Positions 19,985 through 28,526 of a DNA stretch of 64,000 nucleotides are shown here, piece by piece. A program made the translations under genes and the position numbers. The notes under the pieces are model-generated. The model did no database searches and was not told the DNA's origin. It saw only the letters and a program-made list of their open reading frames with translations. How positions within the stretch are numbered: position 1 is the first letter of the stretch; every line of letters begins with the position of its first letter. Origin of the DNA: Gemmatimonadota bacterium. Lineage in GTDB: Bacteria; Gemmatimonadota; Gemmatimonadetes; Palauibacterales; Palauibacteraceae. The stretch lies in contig OZ220691.1 in assembly GCA_965116475.1 (NCBI GenBank), forward strand, positions 160,001 to 224,000. Reading direction: 5' to 3'.

Positions 19985-20937
19985 GCGCCGCCTCCGTTCC
20001 CCCTCGCGCCCGGACCACCGTCACCGTCCCTGCCGTCACCGTGCTCACCGTCACCGTCCCCACCCGCGTCCGACTGCTCCATGTCCGCGCGCACGAACGC
20101 CTCGCCGACGTCCACGTCGCCGAGCGGCCCCTCCCACTCCGTCCGCGTGCGCGCGAAACGGGCCAGAATCGAGTGACGCAGCGCGGCGACGAGCCCCGTG
20201 TCGGAGTCGCCGAGCCCGAGCAGTTCCTTCGACGGCGCCCACCCGCGCGTCACATGCGCGTAGCGCCGCAGCGTCTCCTCGTAGCCGTCGTAGAACCCGT
20301 CGCCGCTCACCTGCTGCCGGACCCATCCCTCGCGGAGGCGGGCGAGGTCGCGGAGCGCGAGGTCGCCGGGGCCGAGGGGAAGGTCGGCGGCGGTCGCGGC
20401 GCCGCGGCCGCGACCCCAGGTCCACCAGGCGAGTCCGGCAAGCGCCGCGGCGAGCAGGATCAGCCACCAGGGCAGGCCCCGCAGGTTCAGGAGGGGCCGG
20501 GCATCCCTCAGCTCGAGCGGGTCGTCCGCGGCGGGGAGCACACTCACGACCGGGACCGCGGGAGGCTGCAGCCGACGCACCACGCCGCCCGCGGCCGCGA
20601 GTTCCACTTCCACCGGCGGGATGACGAGCGTATCCGCGCGCCACGCGCGGACCGTGTACTCCGCTTCCCACCGCCGACCCTCTTCGAGGGACCGGATCTG
20701 CACCGGCCCCGCCTGCTCGATTGACTCCGGTCCGGCGATGAGCGCGGGAAAGTGGACCTCGCCGGCTCGCTCCTGGCCGACGACGAGGCGGACCGTGAAC
20801 GCCTCGCCGACCCGCACCGACTCGGGCAGGACCGTCGCCTCGAGGTCGACCGCGGACTGGGCCGCCAGAGCCGGCGTGAGCCCGAGCCCCAGGCCGAGGC
20901 CGAGCGTCGCCCGCACCGTCCAGCGGCACCTCCTCAC
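19981..20937 (-). CDS. Membrane-anchored hypothetical protein of the Bat/MoxR operon
   Basis: GTG overlaps the DUF58 stop; signal-like N-terminus, beta-rich region, then TM (LPWWLILLAAALAGLAWW). Usual position in such operons. Confidence 0.7.
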   Translation of the reverse strand: MRRCRWTVRATLGLGLGLGLTPALAAQSAVDLEATVLPESVRVGEAFTVRLVVGQERAGEVHFPALIAGPESIEQAGPVQIRSLEEGRRWEAEYTVRAWRADTLVIPPVEVELAAAGGVVRRLQPPAVPVVSVLPAADDPLELRDARPLLNLRGLPWWLILLAAALAGLAWWTWGRGRGAATAADLPLGPGDLALRDLARLREGWVRQQVSGDGFYDGYEETLRRYAHVTRGWAPSKELLGLGDSDTGLVAALRHSILARFARTRTEWEGPLGDVDVGEAFVRADMEQSDAGGDGDGEHGDGRDGDGGPGARGNGGGA

Positions 20938-21866
20938 CGGAGCCTCCGCCGGCCGCGAGCGGCGAAGAAGCCGGAGAGCCGGGACTCGTAGGGAGTGTCG
21001 GTCCGCAGCCGCATGAGGTCCACGTGGCAGTGCGCGCACAGCCGCTCCAGCGTCCGCGCCCCCGTGGTCGAGCGCTCCATGAGCCGCTGCCGAACCGCCG
21101 CATCCCCGAGATCGACCACGGCGCGGTCCCCCGTTTCGGGGTCCACGACTTCCACCCAGCCCGATGCCGGGATCGTCGTCTCCGCGGGGTCATCGACCGC
21201 GAGCGCGACGACGTCGTGGCGGCCCGAGAGCCCAAGCAGCGGCCGGGCCAGGTTCCCGGCACCCACGAAGTCCGAGATCACGAACACGAGCGAGCGGACC
21301 GTGAGCATGCGCGCCGCGGTGACGAGGGCGAGATCGAGGTCCGTCCCCTTCCCCTCCGGCCGGACGGACACCAGCTCATGCAGGAGGCGGAGGTTGCGGT
21401 TGCGGCCCCGCGCCGGACGCGCGTAGCGCTCGATCCGGTCGCTGAAGAGGAGCATGCCCACCGGATCTCCGGCGCGCATCGCCGCGAGGGCGAGGGTGCT
21501 CGCCACCTCCGCGACGAGATCGCGCTTCAGCGATCGGCGCGTACCGAACTCGTTCGAGGCGGAGACGTCGACGACGAGGAGGACGGCAAGTTCCCGCTCC
21601 TCCACGAAGCGCTTCACGTACGGCCGCCGCATGCGGGCGGTCACCTTCCAGTCGATCGCCTGGAACGGGTCGCCCGGCTGATATTCGCGGACCTCGGAGA
21701 ACTCGATGCCGTGTCCGCGGAAGAGCGACGGGTAGGGCCCCAGGGCCGGGTTGTCCATGAACCGCCGGCTCTTCAACTCCAGCCGCCGAACCTCTTTCGA
21801 CGCGGCGGCGGAGTCGGCCGTCGGCGCCGGCCGTCGCGGACGCCACAGGAAGTCGGGCAGCCTCAC
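20934..21866 (-). CDS. DUF58 domain protein
   Basis: FRGHGIEFSEVREYQPGD, IDWKVTAR, FVEEREL, VISDF. Confidence 0.92.
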   Translation of the reverse strand: MRLPDFLWRPRRPAPTADSAAASKEVRRLELKSRRFMDNPALGPYPSLFRGHGIEFSEVREYQPGDPFQAIDWKVTARMRRPYVKRFVEERELAVLLVVDVSASNEFGTRRSLKRDLVAEVASTLALAAMRAGDPVGMLLFSDRIERYARPARGRNRNLRLLHELVSVRPEGKGTDLDLALVTAARMLTVRSLVFVISDFVGAGNLARPLLGLSGRHDVVALAVDDPAETTIPASGWVEVVDPETGDRAVVDLGDAAVRQRLMERSTTGARTLERLCAHCHVDLMRLRTDTPYESRLSGFFAARGRRRLR

Positions 21867-22885
21867 GGCACCGGTACGGTCTCCAGGAGATGGTCGAGGA
21901 TGTGATCCGCATCGATCTGTTCGGCCTGGGCCTGGAAGGTCAGGACGAGTCGATGCCGAAGGACATCGCGGGCGATCGCCTTCACATCCTCCGGAACCAC
22001 GAAGGCCCGGCCCTCGATGAAGGCATGCGCGCGGGCCGCTCTCGCGAGGAATATCGTGGCGCGCGGCGAGGCCCCGAACTCGATCCAGTCCCCGAACTGC
22101 CCCAGGCCATGGGCCGCGGGCTCCCGCGTCGCGAGCACGAGCTGGAGGATGTAGTCCTCGAGCCGCCGGTCCACGTAGATCGCCGGAAGCATGGCGCGCG
22201 CGGCGAGGATGCGGTCCGGCTCCACGACGGCCTCGACGGGCGGCGGATCCTCTCCCGCCATGAGCCGCATGATGGACCTCTCCTCCTCGGGCGCGGGGTA
22301 GCCGACCCGGGTCTTGAACATGAACCGGTCCACCTGCGCCTCGGGAAGCGGGTACGTGCCCTCGTGCTCGATGGGATTCTGGGTGGCCATGACGAGGAAC
22401 GGCACGGGGAGCGGATGCGTCTCCTCTCCGATCGTCACCTGACGCTCCTGCATCGCCTCCAGCAGGGCGGACTGGACCTTGGCGGGCGCGCGGTTGATCT
22501 CATCGGCGAGGACGATGTTCGCGAAGATGGGCCCCCGCTTCGGCGTGAAGGTGCCCGTCTTCTCCTCCCATACGAGCGTTCCGACGACATCGGCGGGCAG
22601 CAGGTCCGGCGTGAACTGGATGCGCCGGAAGGTGGTGTGGATCGCCTCGGCGAGCGTGCTGACGGTGAGCGTCTTCGCGAGTCCCGGCACACCTTCCAGC
22701 AGGATATGGCCGCCCGTGAGGAGGCTCATCAGAACGCGGTCGAGGAGGGCGTGCTGTCCGACGATCCGCTTGGCCAGTTCGTTTCGAACCTCGGCCACGA
22801 AGGTCCCCGCCTCCCGGATCGCGGCCTGCTGGGTCTCGAGATCCTCCTCCGAGATCCGTTGGGCCGTCCCGGCTTCTCCGTTCAT
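21863..22885 (-). CDS. MoxR family AAA+ ATPase
   Basis: LEGVPGLAKT, RIQFTPDLLPAD, DEINRAPAKVQSALLEAM, GASPRA. Confidence 0.96.
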   Translation of the reverse strand: MNGEAGTAQRISEEDLETQQAAIREAGTFVAEVRNELAKRIVGQHALLDRVLMSLLTGGHILLEGVPGLAKTLTVSTLAEAIHTTFRRIQFTPDLLPADVVGTLVWEEKTGTFTPKRGPIFANIVLADEINRAPAKVQSALLEAMQERQVTIGEETHPLPVPFLVMATQNPIEHEGTYPLPEAQVDRFMFKTRVGYPAPEEERSIMRLMAGEDPPPVEAVVEPDRILAARAMLPAIYVDRRLEDYILQLVLATREPAAHGLGQFGDWIEFGASPRATIFLARAARAHAFIEGRAFVVPEDVKAIARDVLRHRLVLTFQAQAEQIDADHILDHLLETVPVP

Positions 22886-22946
22886 GCGTTCTCTCGCTCG
22901 TTCTCTCGCTGTCGCGGTGATGTTCGGTCTTTCAGCCGCCCGATGT

Positions 22947-23687
22947 TCACTCCGTAACCGTCCGGGAGCAAGCGGGAGCCGCCGCCCGCCGGAGCGCCTG
23001 CCTTTCCCTCGGAGACAACTCGCGGGTCGCTCCCGCTGCGAGAGCGCCCAGTCGAACCGGCCCGAACGAGGTCCTGCGCAGGCTCAGCAGCGTGACGCCG
23101 AGCGAGGCGAGCATACGCCGGATCTCCCGATTTCTCCCCTCGGTGAGGACGATCTCGACGGTGGGCGACGAAGTACGCGGAGGCGCCATCCAGCGCGCCC
23201 GGCGGGCTCGCGCGGGTCCGTCTTCGAGCGCCACGCCGGCCCGCAACCGATCCGGCACTTCCACCGTCACGGGCCCGCGGAGTCTCGCGTGGTAGACCCG
23301 CTCGATTCCGGTGCGGGGGTGGAGGAGCCGATGCACGATGTCCCCCTCGTTCGACAGGAGAAGGAGGCCCTCGCTCATGAAGTCGAGCCGGCCGACGTGA
23401 GGCAGGTGGTGGGCATCGGCGGGGAGCAGATCGTAGATGATGGGTCGCCGGCCGGGATCGTGCCGGGTGCACGCGTACCCCGGCGGCTTGTGGAGCGCCA
23501 GCCAGAGGACGGGCTTCAAGCGGACGGGGCGGCGGTCCACCTCGACCCGTTCGGCGTTCGGGTCCACCCTGGTCCCGAGCTTCGTCACGACTTCGCCGTT
23601 CACGCGCACGCGGCCGCTGGCGATGAGTGCTTCGCTCCGGCGCCGGGAAGCCACACCGGCCCGGGCAAGGTATTTCTGCAATCGCAT
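22947..23687 (-). CDS. rluB: 23S rRNA pseudouridine synthase, RluB family
   Basis: MRLQKYLARAGVASRR S4 domain, VGRLD, EGRNREIRR; follows scpAB. Confidence 0.88.
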   Translation of the reverse strand: MRLQKYLARAGVASRRRSEALIASGRVRVNGEVVTKLGTRVDPNAERVEVDRRPVRLKPVLWLALHKPPGYACTRHDPGRRPIIYDLLPADAHHLPHVGRLDFMSEGLLLLSNEGDIVHRLLHPRTGIERVYHARLRGPVTVEVPDRLRAGVALEDGPARARRARWMAPPRTSSPTVEIVLTEGRNREIRRMLASLGVTLLSLRRTSFGPVRLGALAAGATRELSPRERQALRRAAAPACSRTVTE

Positions 23688-24247
23688 CAGCCGTCTGCCT
23701 GGCGCTCCGCTTCGGCCGCTTCGGCGCGCACGAGCGCGACGGAAAGGTCCTCCGGCGCGGGGAGATCGTCCAGCGCCTGCAGGGCGAAGTGATCCAGAAA
23801 CCGAGGCGTCGTCCCATAGAGGAGCGGCCGCCCCAGCCCCTCGCCCCGCCCCACGACCTCGATCAGTTCCCAGTCCTGGAGCGTGCGCAGCACCGAAGTG
23901 GACGCCACGCCCCGGATCTCCTCGACCTCGATCCGCCCGATGGGCTGCCGGTAGGCGATGATGGCGAGCGTCTCGAGCGCGGCGCGGGAGAGCGTCGGCG
24001 GGCGCGGCACCGATTCGAACCGCTCCAGGTACGGCACGAATTCCGGGCGCGTGAGGATCTGGAAGCCGTCCCCGAGCTGGTAGACCTGGAATGCCCGTCC
24101 GTCCGTGTCGTAGTGCTCTCGCAGCGCGGCGAGCGCTTCGCGGACACGCCGCACGTCGAGCGCGTCGTCGGCCCGGGCCAGTTCGCGGGCCGTGAGCGGC
24201 GTCTGGCTCGCGAACAGCGCGGCTTCCACGATCTGCTCCGGGCTCAC
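23687..24247 (-). CDS. scpB: SMC-Scp complex subunit ScpB
   Basis: EAALFAS, LSRAALETLAIIAYRQP, IRGV, GRPLLYGTT. Confidence 0.96.
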   Translation of the reverse strand: MSPEQIVEAALFASQTPLTARELARADDALDVRRVREALAALREHYDTDGRAFQVYQLGDGFQILTRPEFVPYLERFESVPRPPTLSRAALETLAIIAYRQPIGRIEVEEIRGVASTSVLRTLQDWELIEVVGRGEGLGRPLLYGTTPRFLDHFALQALDDLPAPEDLSVALVRAEAAEAERQADG

Positions 24248-25020
24248 GCGCCCTCCTCTCCCCCGCCGTCCCGCGAGCGGCGTCCGAACAGCCAGATGGC
24301 GCCAAACCGCTTCACCTGCTCGAGCCTCACGAACTGTTGCCGGGCAAGTTCCAGACAGGCGAGCAGCGCCGCGACGACGTGCTGCCGCTCCTGCCACGAA
24401 TCGAACAGCCGGTTGAACGGCACCCGCCGGGTTTCGCCCAGCAGACGCCGGATGACGACGATCTTGTCCTCGACCGGGACGATGCGGATGGGGGCGACGT
24501 GCGTCGTCACGGGATCCGGGCCCCGGATATCGCCGAGGACCGCCAGGAAATCGTCGAGCGTCGTCGAGAGCTCCTGGCCATCGGCCTCGCGCGGCGGTCG
24601 CGGAGGCAGGAAGCCCTTCGACATGTGTCGCCGCCGTTCCAGTTCGGCCGCGCCCAGCGTCCGCGCGATCTCCTGAAACAGCTCATATTCCAGGAGACGC
24701 CGTACGAGTTCGGCCCGCGGATCATCTTCCCACTCCGCGTCGCCGCGTCCCGGCAGGAGGAGCTGCGCCTTGATGTGGACCAGCGTCGCGGCGAGCTCCA
24801 GGAACTCCCCGGCGCGGTCGAGCTCCAGGCGGTCGATGCCATCGGTGAGGGCTTCGTGGAACTGTCGCGTGATGGTGGAGATCGGGATATCGAAGATGTC
24901 GATGTCCTGCGACCGAATGAGGTGCAGGAGAAGGTCCAGGGGCCCCTGAAACCGGTCGAGCTCCACGACGAACGGCTGCGCCGTAAGCTGGCTTGGAAGT
25001 CGGTTGGGCACCGCCGTCAC
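24244..25020 (-). CDS. scpA: Segregation and condensation protein ScpA
   Basis: FQGPLDLLLHLI, IDIFDIPI, EFLELAATL, DPRAELVRRL. GTG start follows GGAGG. Confidence 0.95.
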   Translation of the reverse strand: MTAVPNRLPSQLTAQPFVVELDRFQGPLDLLLHLIRSQDIDIFDIPISTITRQFHEALTDGIDRLELDRAGEFLELAATLVHIKAQLLLPGRGDAEWEDDPRAELVRRLLEYELFQEIARTLGAAELERRRHMSKGFLPPRPPREADGQELSTTLDDFLAVLGDIRGPDPVTTHVAPIRIVPVEDKIVVIRRLLGETRRVPFNRLFDSWQERQHVVAALLACLELARQQFVRLEQVKRFGAIWLFGRRSRDGGGEEGA

Positions 25021-25222
25021 GAAACCTCCCCGCACGCTCGGGCCGGCGGAAACCGAAGGTCGCCGGCCAGTCGGCGCGTAATCTAGCGTGGTGTCGCGGA
25101 AACCTGCGAGTCGCCGGGAGCGCCGGGGCGCCGGGTTGGAGGTATCCGCCGAATCTGGTATGTTCTGTTGCTAATGTACAACCGCCGCACGATGGACGTC
25201 GAAAGAAAAAAGAAGGAATCGG

Positions 25223-25477
25223 ATGCCGAATAACGAGAGTCAGAAGAAGCGGCTGCGCCAGTCGCGCGCGCGGCGGCTCCGGAACCGCCGGGTGCGGTCC
25301 GAGATCCGGACCCGGACCAAGCATCTCCTTGCGACGGAATCGTCGGAGGAGGCGACGCCGGCGCTGTCCGAGCTGTACCGCGTGCTCGACCGGGCGACCC
25401 GCCGGAACGTCATCAAGGCGAACGCCGCGGCGCGTCAGAAGGCGCGGGCGGCGCGACACGTCAACAGTCTGGGCTGA
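25223..25477 (+). CDS. rpsT: 30S ribosomal protein S20
   Basis: MPNNESQKKRLRQSRARRLRN...LDRATRRNVIKANAAARQK. Confidence 0.95.
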   Translation: MPNNESQKKRLRQSRARRLRNRRVRSEIRTRTKHLLATESSEEATPALSELYRVLDRATRRNVIKANAAARQKARAARHVNSLG

Positions 25478-25478
25478 C

Positions 25479-25506
25479 GGGTGGCCCGGACCACCCCGGG
25501 CCACCC
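25479..25506. terminator. GC-rich hairpin between convergent rpsT and pyrC, possible bidirectional terminator
   Basis: GGGTGGCCCGG-ACCACC-CCGGGCCACCC, perfect 11-bp stem right after the rpsT stop; no U-tract. Confidence 0.5.
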
Positions 25507-25540
25507 GGGCTGACTCGCTGACGGGGGGCCGTTGGGCTGA

Positions 25541-25574
25541 CGGTATCGGCAGTCAGCCGGTATCGGCAGTCAGC
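25541..25574. repeat. 17-bp tandem duplication CGGTATCGGCAGTCAGC x2
   Basis: Copies at 25541-25557 and 25558-25574; the second overlaps the pyrC stop. Confidence 0.85.
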
Positions 25575-26874
25575 CGCCTTCTTCGTAGCGGGTCTCTCCG
25601 CCGACGATCGTGCGCTTCACACGTCCCGTCACTTCCCACCCGCCGAACGGCGTATTCCGGCTCTTCGAGCGGAAGTTCGCGGGGTCGACCGTCCACGCCT
25701 CCTCGGGATCGAAGAGGACGATGTCCGCGCGACTTCCGGGGCGCAGGGTGCCGCCCTCGAGCCCCATCAGCCTGGCCGGCGCGGTGGACATCCGCTCGAT
25801 GAGATCGAAGAGCGGAAGGTCGCCCGGCGTCACGAGTTCGCCGATGCACACGGCGAGCGCGGTCTCAAGACCGACGATGCCGAAGGGCGCATCGTCGAAC
25901 TCGCGTTCCTTCTCCTCGTAGTGGTGCGGCGCGTGGTCCGTCGCCACGCACTCCAGCACCCCGTCGATGAGCCCCTGCCGTACCGCCAGGCGATCCGCCT
26001 CGGACCGGAGCGGCGGATTCATCTTGGCTTCGGTGCGGTAGCCGCGCACCGCCTCCTCCGTCAACGCCATGTGGTGAGGCGATGCCTCTCCGCTCACCCG
26101 CGTTCCGCGCTCACGCGCCAGGCGAATGAGTTCCACCGCTTCGCGGGTGGAGACGTGCTGAACGTGTACATGCCCGCCCGTGAGTTCCGCGAGATAGATA
26201 TCCCGCGCCACGACCGTGGCCTCAGAGGCGTTCGGGATCCCGCGCAGCCCGAGCGCGGTGGCCACGGCCCCTTCGTTCATGACCCCTCCCGCCGAGAGCG
26301 CCATGTCCTCCGCGTGCTGAAGGACGGGGATTCCGAACGACTGCGTGTACTCGAGCAGGCGCCGCATGAGCGCAGGGTCGTGGATCGGGTGTCCGTCGTC
26401 GGTGACCGCGACCGCGCCCGCCTCGACGAGGCCGCCTATCTCGGTCATCTGCCTGCCCGCGAGGCCGAGCGAGGCGGCGGCCACGGGACTCACGCGCGCC
26501 CCGCCCTCCCCCTTACGGGCCCAGCGCCGCGCCTCTTCTCGCACGAAGCCGACCGCGGCGGGGTCGTCGAGCGGCGGATCCGTGTTCGGCATCGCCCAGA
26601 TCGTCGTGAAGCCGCCGGCCGCCGCGGACCGGGCGCCCGTGCGGATCGTCTCCTTGTGCTCGGCTCCCGGTTCCCGCAGGTGGACGTGCACGTCGATCAG
26701 CCCCGGGGCAACCACGAGCCCCCGCGCCTCGATCCGCGGGATCCCCTCCGGCCCCGTGACACCCTTCGCGACCGCCTCGATCCGCCCATCCCGCACGAGC
26801 ACGTCCCGCACCTCATCCATCCCCGCGGAGGGATCGACCACCCGGCCTCCGGCGACGAGGAGCGACCCGCTCAC
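25570..26874 (-). CDS. pyrC: Dihydroorotase
   Basis: [43 protein letters not shown] overlaps the pyrB stop. Confidence 0.96.
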   Translation of the reverse strand: MSGSLLVAGGRVVDPSAGMDEVRDVLVRDGRIEAVAKGVTGPEGIPRIEARGLVVAPGLIDVHVHLREPGAEHKETIRTGARSAAAGGFTTIWAMPNTDPPLDDPAAVGFVREEARRWARKGEGGARVSPVAAASLGLAGRQMTEIGGLVEAGAVAVTDDGHPIHDPALMRRLLEYTQSFGIPVLQHAEDMALSAGGVMNEGAVATALGLRGIPNASEATVVARDIYLAELTGGHVHVQHVSTREAVELIRLARERGTRVSGEASPHHMALTEEAVRGYRTEAKMNPPLRSEADRLAVRQGLIDGVLECVATDHAPHHYEEKEREFDDAPFGIVGLETALAVCIGELVTPGDLPLFDLIERMSTAPARLMGLEGGTLRPGSRADIVLFDPEEAWTVDPANFRSKSRNTPFGGWEVTGRVKRTIVGGETRYEEGG

Positions 26875-27845
26875 GACCCCGCCACCTTGGCGTCTTCGGC
26901 CAGCTCCGGGCGTCCGCCCGCCAGCAGGTAGAGAACGGCCATCCGCACGGCGACCCCGTTCGTCACCTGCGGGAGGATCACCGAGCGCGGACCGTCCGCC
27001 ACATCGGAGTCGATCTCGACCCCCCGGTTCATGGGCCCGGGGTGGAGGACAATCGTCTCGTCGCCGGCGCGGCCGAGGCGCTCGGAACTCACGCCGAACA
27101 CGCGGTTGTACTCGCGTAGCGAGGGGACGTAACCGCCCTCCATCCGCTCCAGCTGAAGCCGCAGCACGTAGAGCACATCGCACCACTCGATCGCCTCCTC
27201 GATCGAGCCCAGCGGTTGCACGCCCAGCTCCTCGATCCCGGCCGGGATCAGGGTGCGCGGCCCGCACACCGCGACCTCCGCCCCGCACTTCAGAAGGCCC
27301 CAGATGTTCGAGCGCGCGACGCGCGAGTGCAGGATGTCGCCGACGATGCAGACGCGCCGGCCCGCGATGGCCCCGAACCGGTCCCGGATCGTCAACAGGT
27401 CGAGGAGGGCCTGCGTGGGATGTTCGTGTTGACCGTCGCCGGCGTTGATCACGTGGGAGGGAATCCGCTCCGCGAGGAACTTCGCCGCCCCCGACGATCC
27501 GTGACGCACGACCACCATGTGAATCCTCATCGCCTCGAGGTTGCGCGCCGTATCGACGAGCGTCTCGCCCTTCTGCACAGAAGAGCCCACGGAAGAGATG
27601 TTCACCGTATCGGCCGAGAGCCGCTTCTCCGCGAACTCGAAGCTGATGCGGGTCCGAGTCGAGGGTTCGAGAAAGAGGTTGACGATGGTCTGGCCGCGGA
27701 GGACAGGCACCTTCTTAATCTTCCGCTCGCTGATCTCCTTGAAGGGCTCGGCGGTATCGAGAATCGCCTCGATCTGTCTCCTCGTGAGAGATTCGAGTCC
27801 GATGAGGTCCTTGCCGAGCCCGAGTTCCCGGCCCTGCGCCGTCAT
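26871..27845 (-). CDS. pyrB: Aspartate carbamoyltransferase catalytic subunit
   Basis: [36 protein letters not shown]. Confidence 0.97.
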   Translation of the reverse strand: MTAQGRELGLGKDLIGLESLTRRQIEAILDTAEPFKEISERKIKKVPVLRGQTIVNLFLEPSTRTRISFEFAEKRLSADTVNISSVGSSVQKGETLVDTARNLEAMRIHMVVVRHGSSGAAKFLAERIPSHVINAGDGQHEHPTQALLDLLTIRDRFGAIAGRRVCIVGDILHSRVARSNIWGLLKCGAEVAVCGPRTLIPAGIEELGVQPLGSIEEAIEWCDVLYVLRLQLERMEGGYVPSLREYNRVFGVSSERLGRAGDETIVLHPGPMNRGVEIDSDVADGPRSVILPQVTNGVAVRMAVLYLLAGGRPELAEDAKVAGS

Positions 27846-28393
27846 GCTCCTGCCTCCGGCGCGGGGCGCAGGGCGACGATGTCGACGCCCCAGTCGCCGT
27901 CCGTGTCCGCGACGCGCACCGCCACATCCTGGTTCGGTCCCACTTCGACCACACGGCCCACGTAGTCGGGCTGGATCGGGAGCTGGCGTCCGCCGCGATC
28001 GACAAGTACGCAGAGCTGGATCCGGCGGGCGCGTCCGAAATCCGCCAGTTCCTGGAGCGCGGCGCGGATCGTTCGTCCGGTGTGGAGCACGTCGTCGACG
28101 ATGACGATGTGCGCGCCTTCGATGGACTCCGGGATGCGGGTCGTCCCGACGGTGGGGAGCGCACCGATCTGCCCGAAGTCATCGCGGTAGAGCGTGATGT
28201 CGAGCGAACCGATGGGGATCCTGCCGCGCGTCGGCTCAAGGCGGCGGCCGATCTCCGCCGCGATCGAATCGCCGCGGCGGTGAATGCCGATGAGGATGAG
28301 GCGGGCCTCGGGCTTGATCGCCCGGTCAAGCTGCGCGGAAAGCTCGGCAAGGAGCTCTCGGGCAGCGGCCTCGTCGAGGACGTTGTGCGTCAG
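27842..28393 (-). CDS. pyrR: Bifunctional pyr operon regulator/uracil phosphoribosyltransferase PyrR (probable CTG start)
   Basis: [41 protein letters not shown]. Start codon uncertain. Confidence 0.92.
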   Translation of the reverse strand: MTHNVLDEAAARELLAELSAQLDRAIKPEARLILIGIHRRGDSIAAEIGRRLEPTRGRIPIGSLDITLYRDDFGQIGALPTVGTTRIPESIEGAHIVIVDDVLHTGRTIRAALQELADFGRARRIQLCVLVDRGGRQLPIQPDYVGRVVEVGPNQDVAVRVADTDGDWGVDIVALRPAPEAGA

Positions 28394-28526
28394 TGTCGTC
28401 TCGGCTTCGCTCGATCCGTGGCGGGCGGCTCGGCGCCAGCAGCCGTGGCTGCCTGGGCGGCCCCGGTCGGGCGGGAGTATAGCGATCCGCGTTGACCCTC
28501 GCGAGAAGGTTCCGGTAGGTTCGGGC

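Noticed and set aside
20010-20070. CCGTCACCGT-type repeats
   Set aside because: They encode the low-complexity GDG-rich C-terminal tail of a CDS and are not a separate element.
21022-21040. CAHCH (CxxCH) motif in the DUF58 protein
   Set aside because: Cytoplasmic protein without a signal peptide and the motif is not a family feature; most likely chance.
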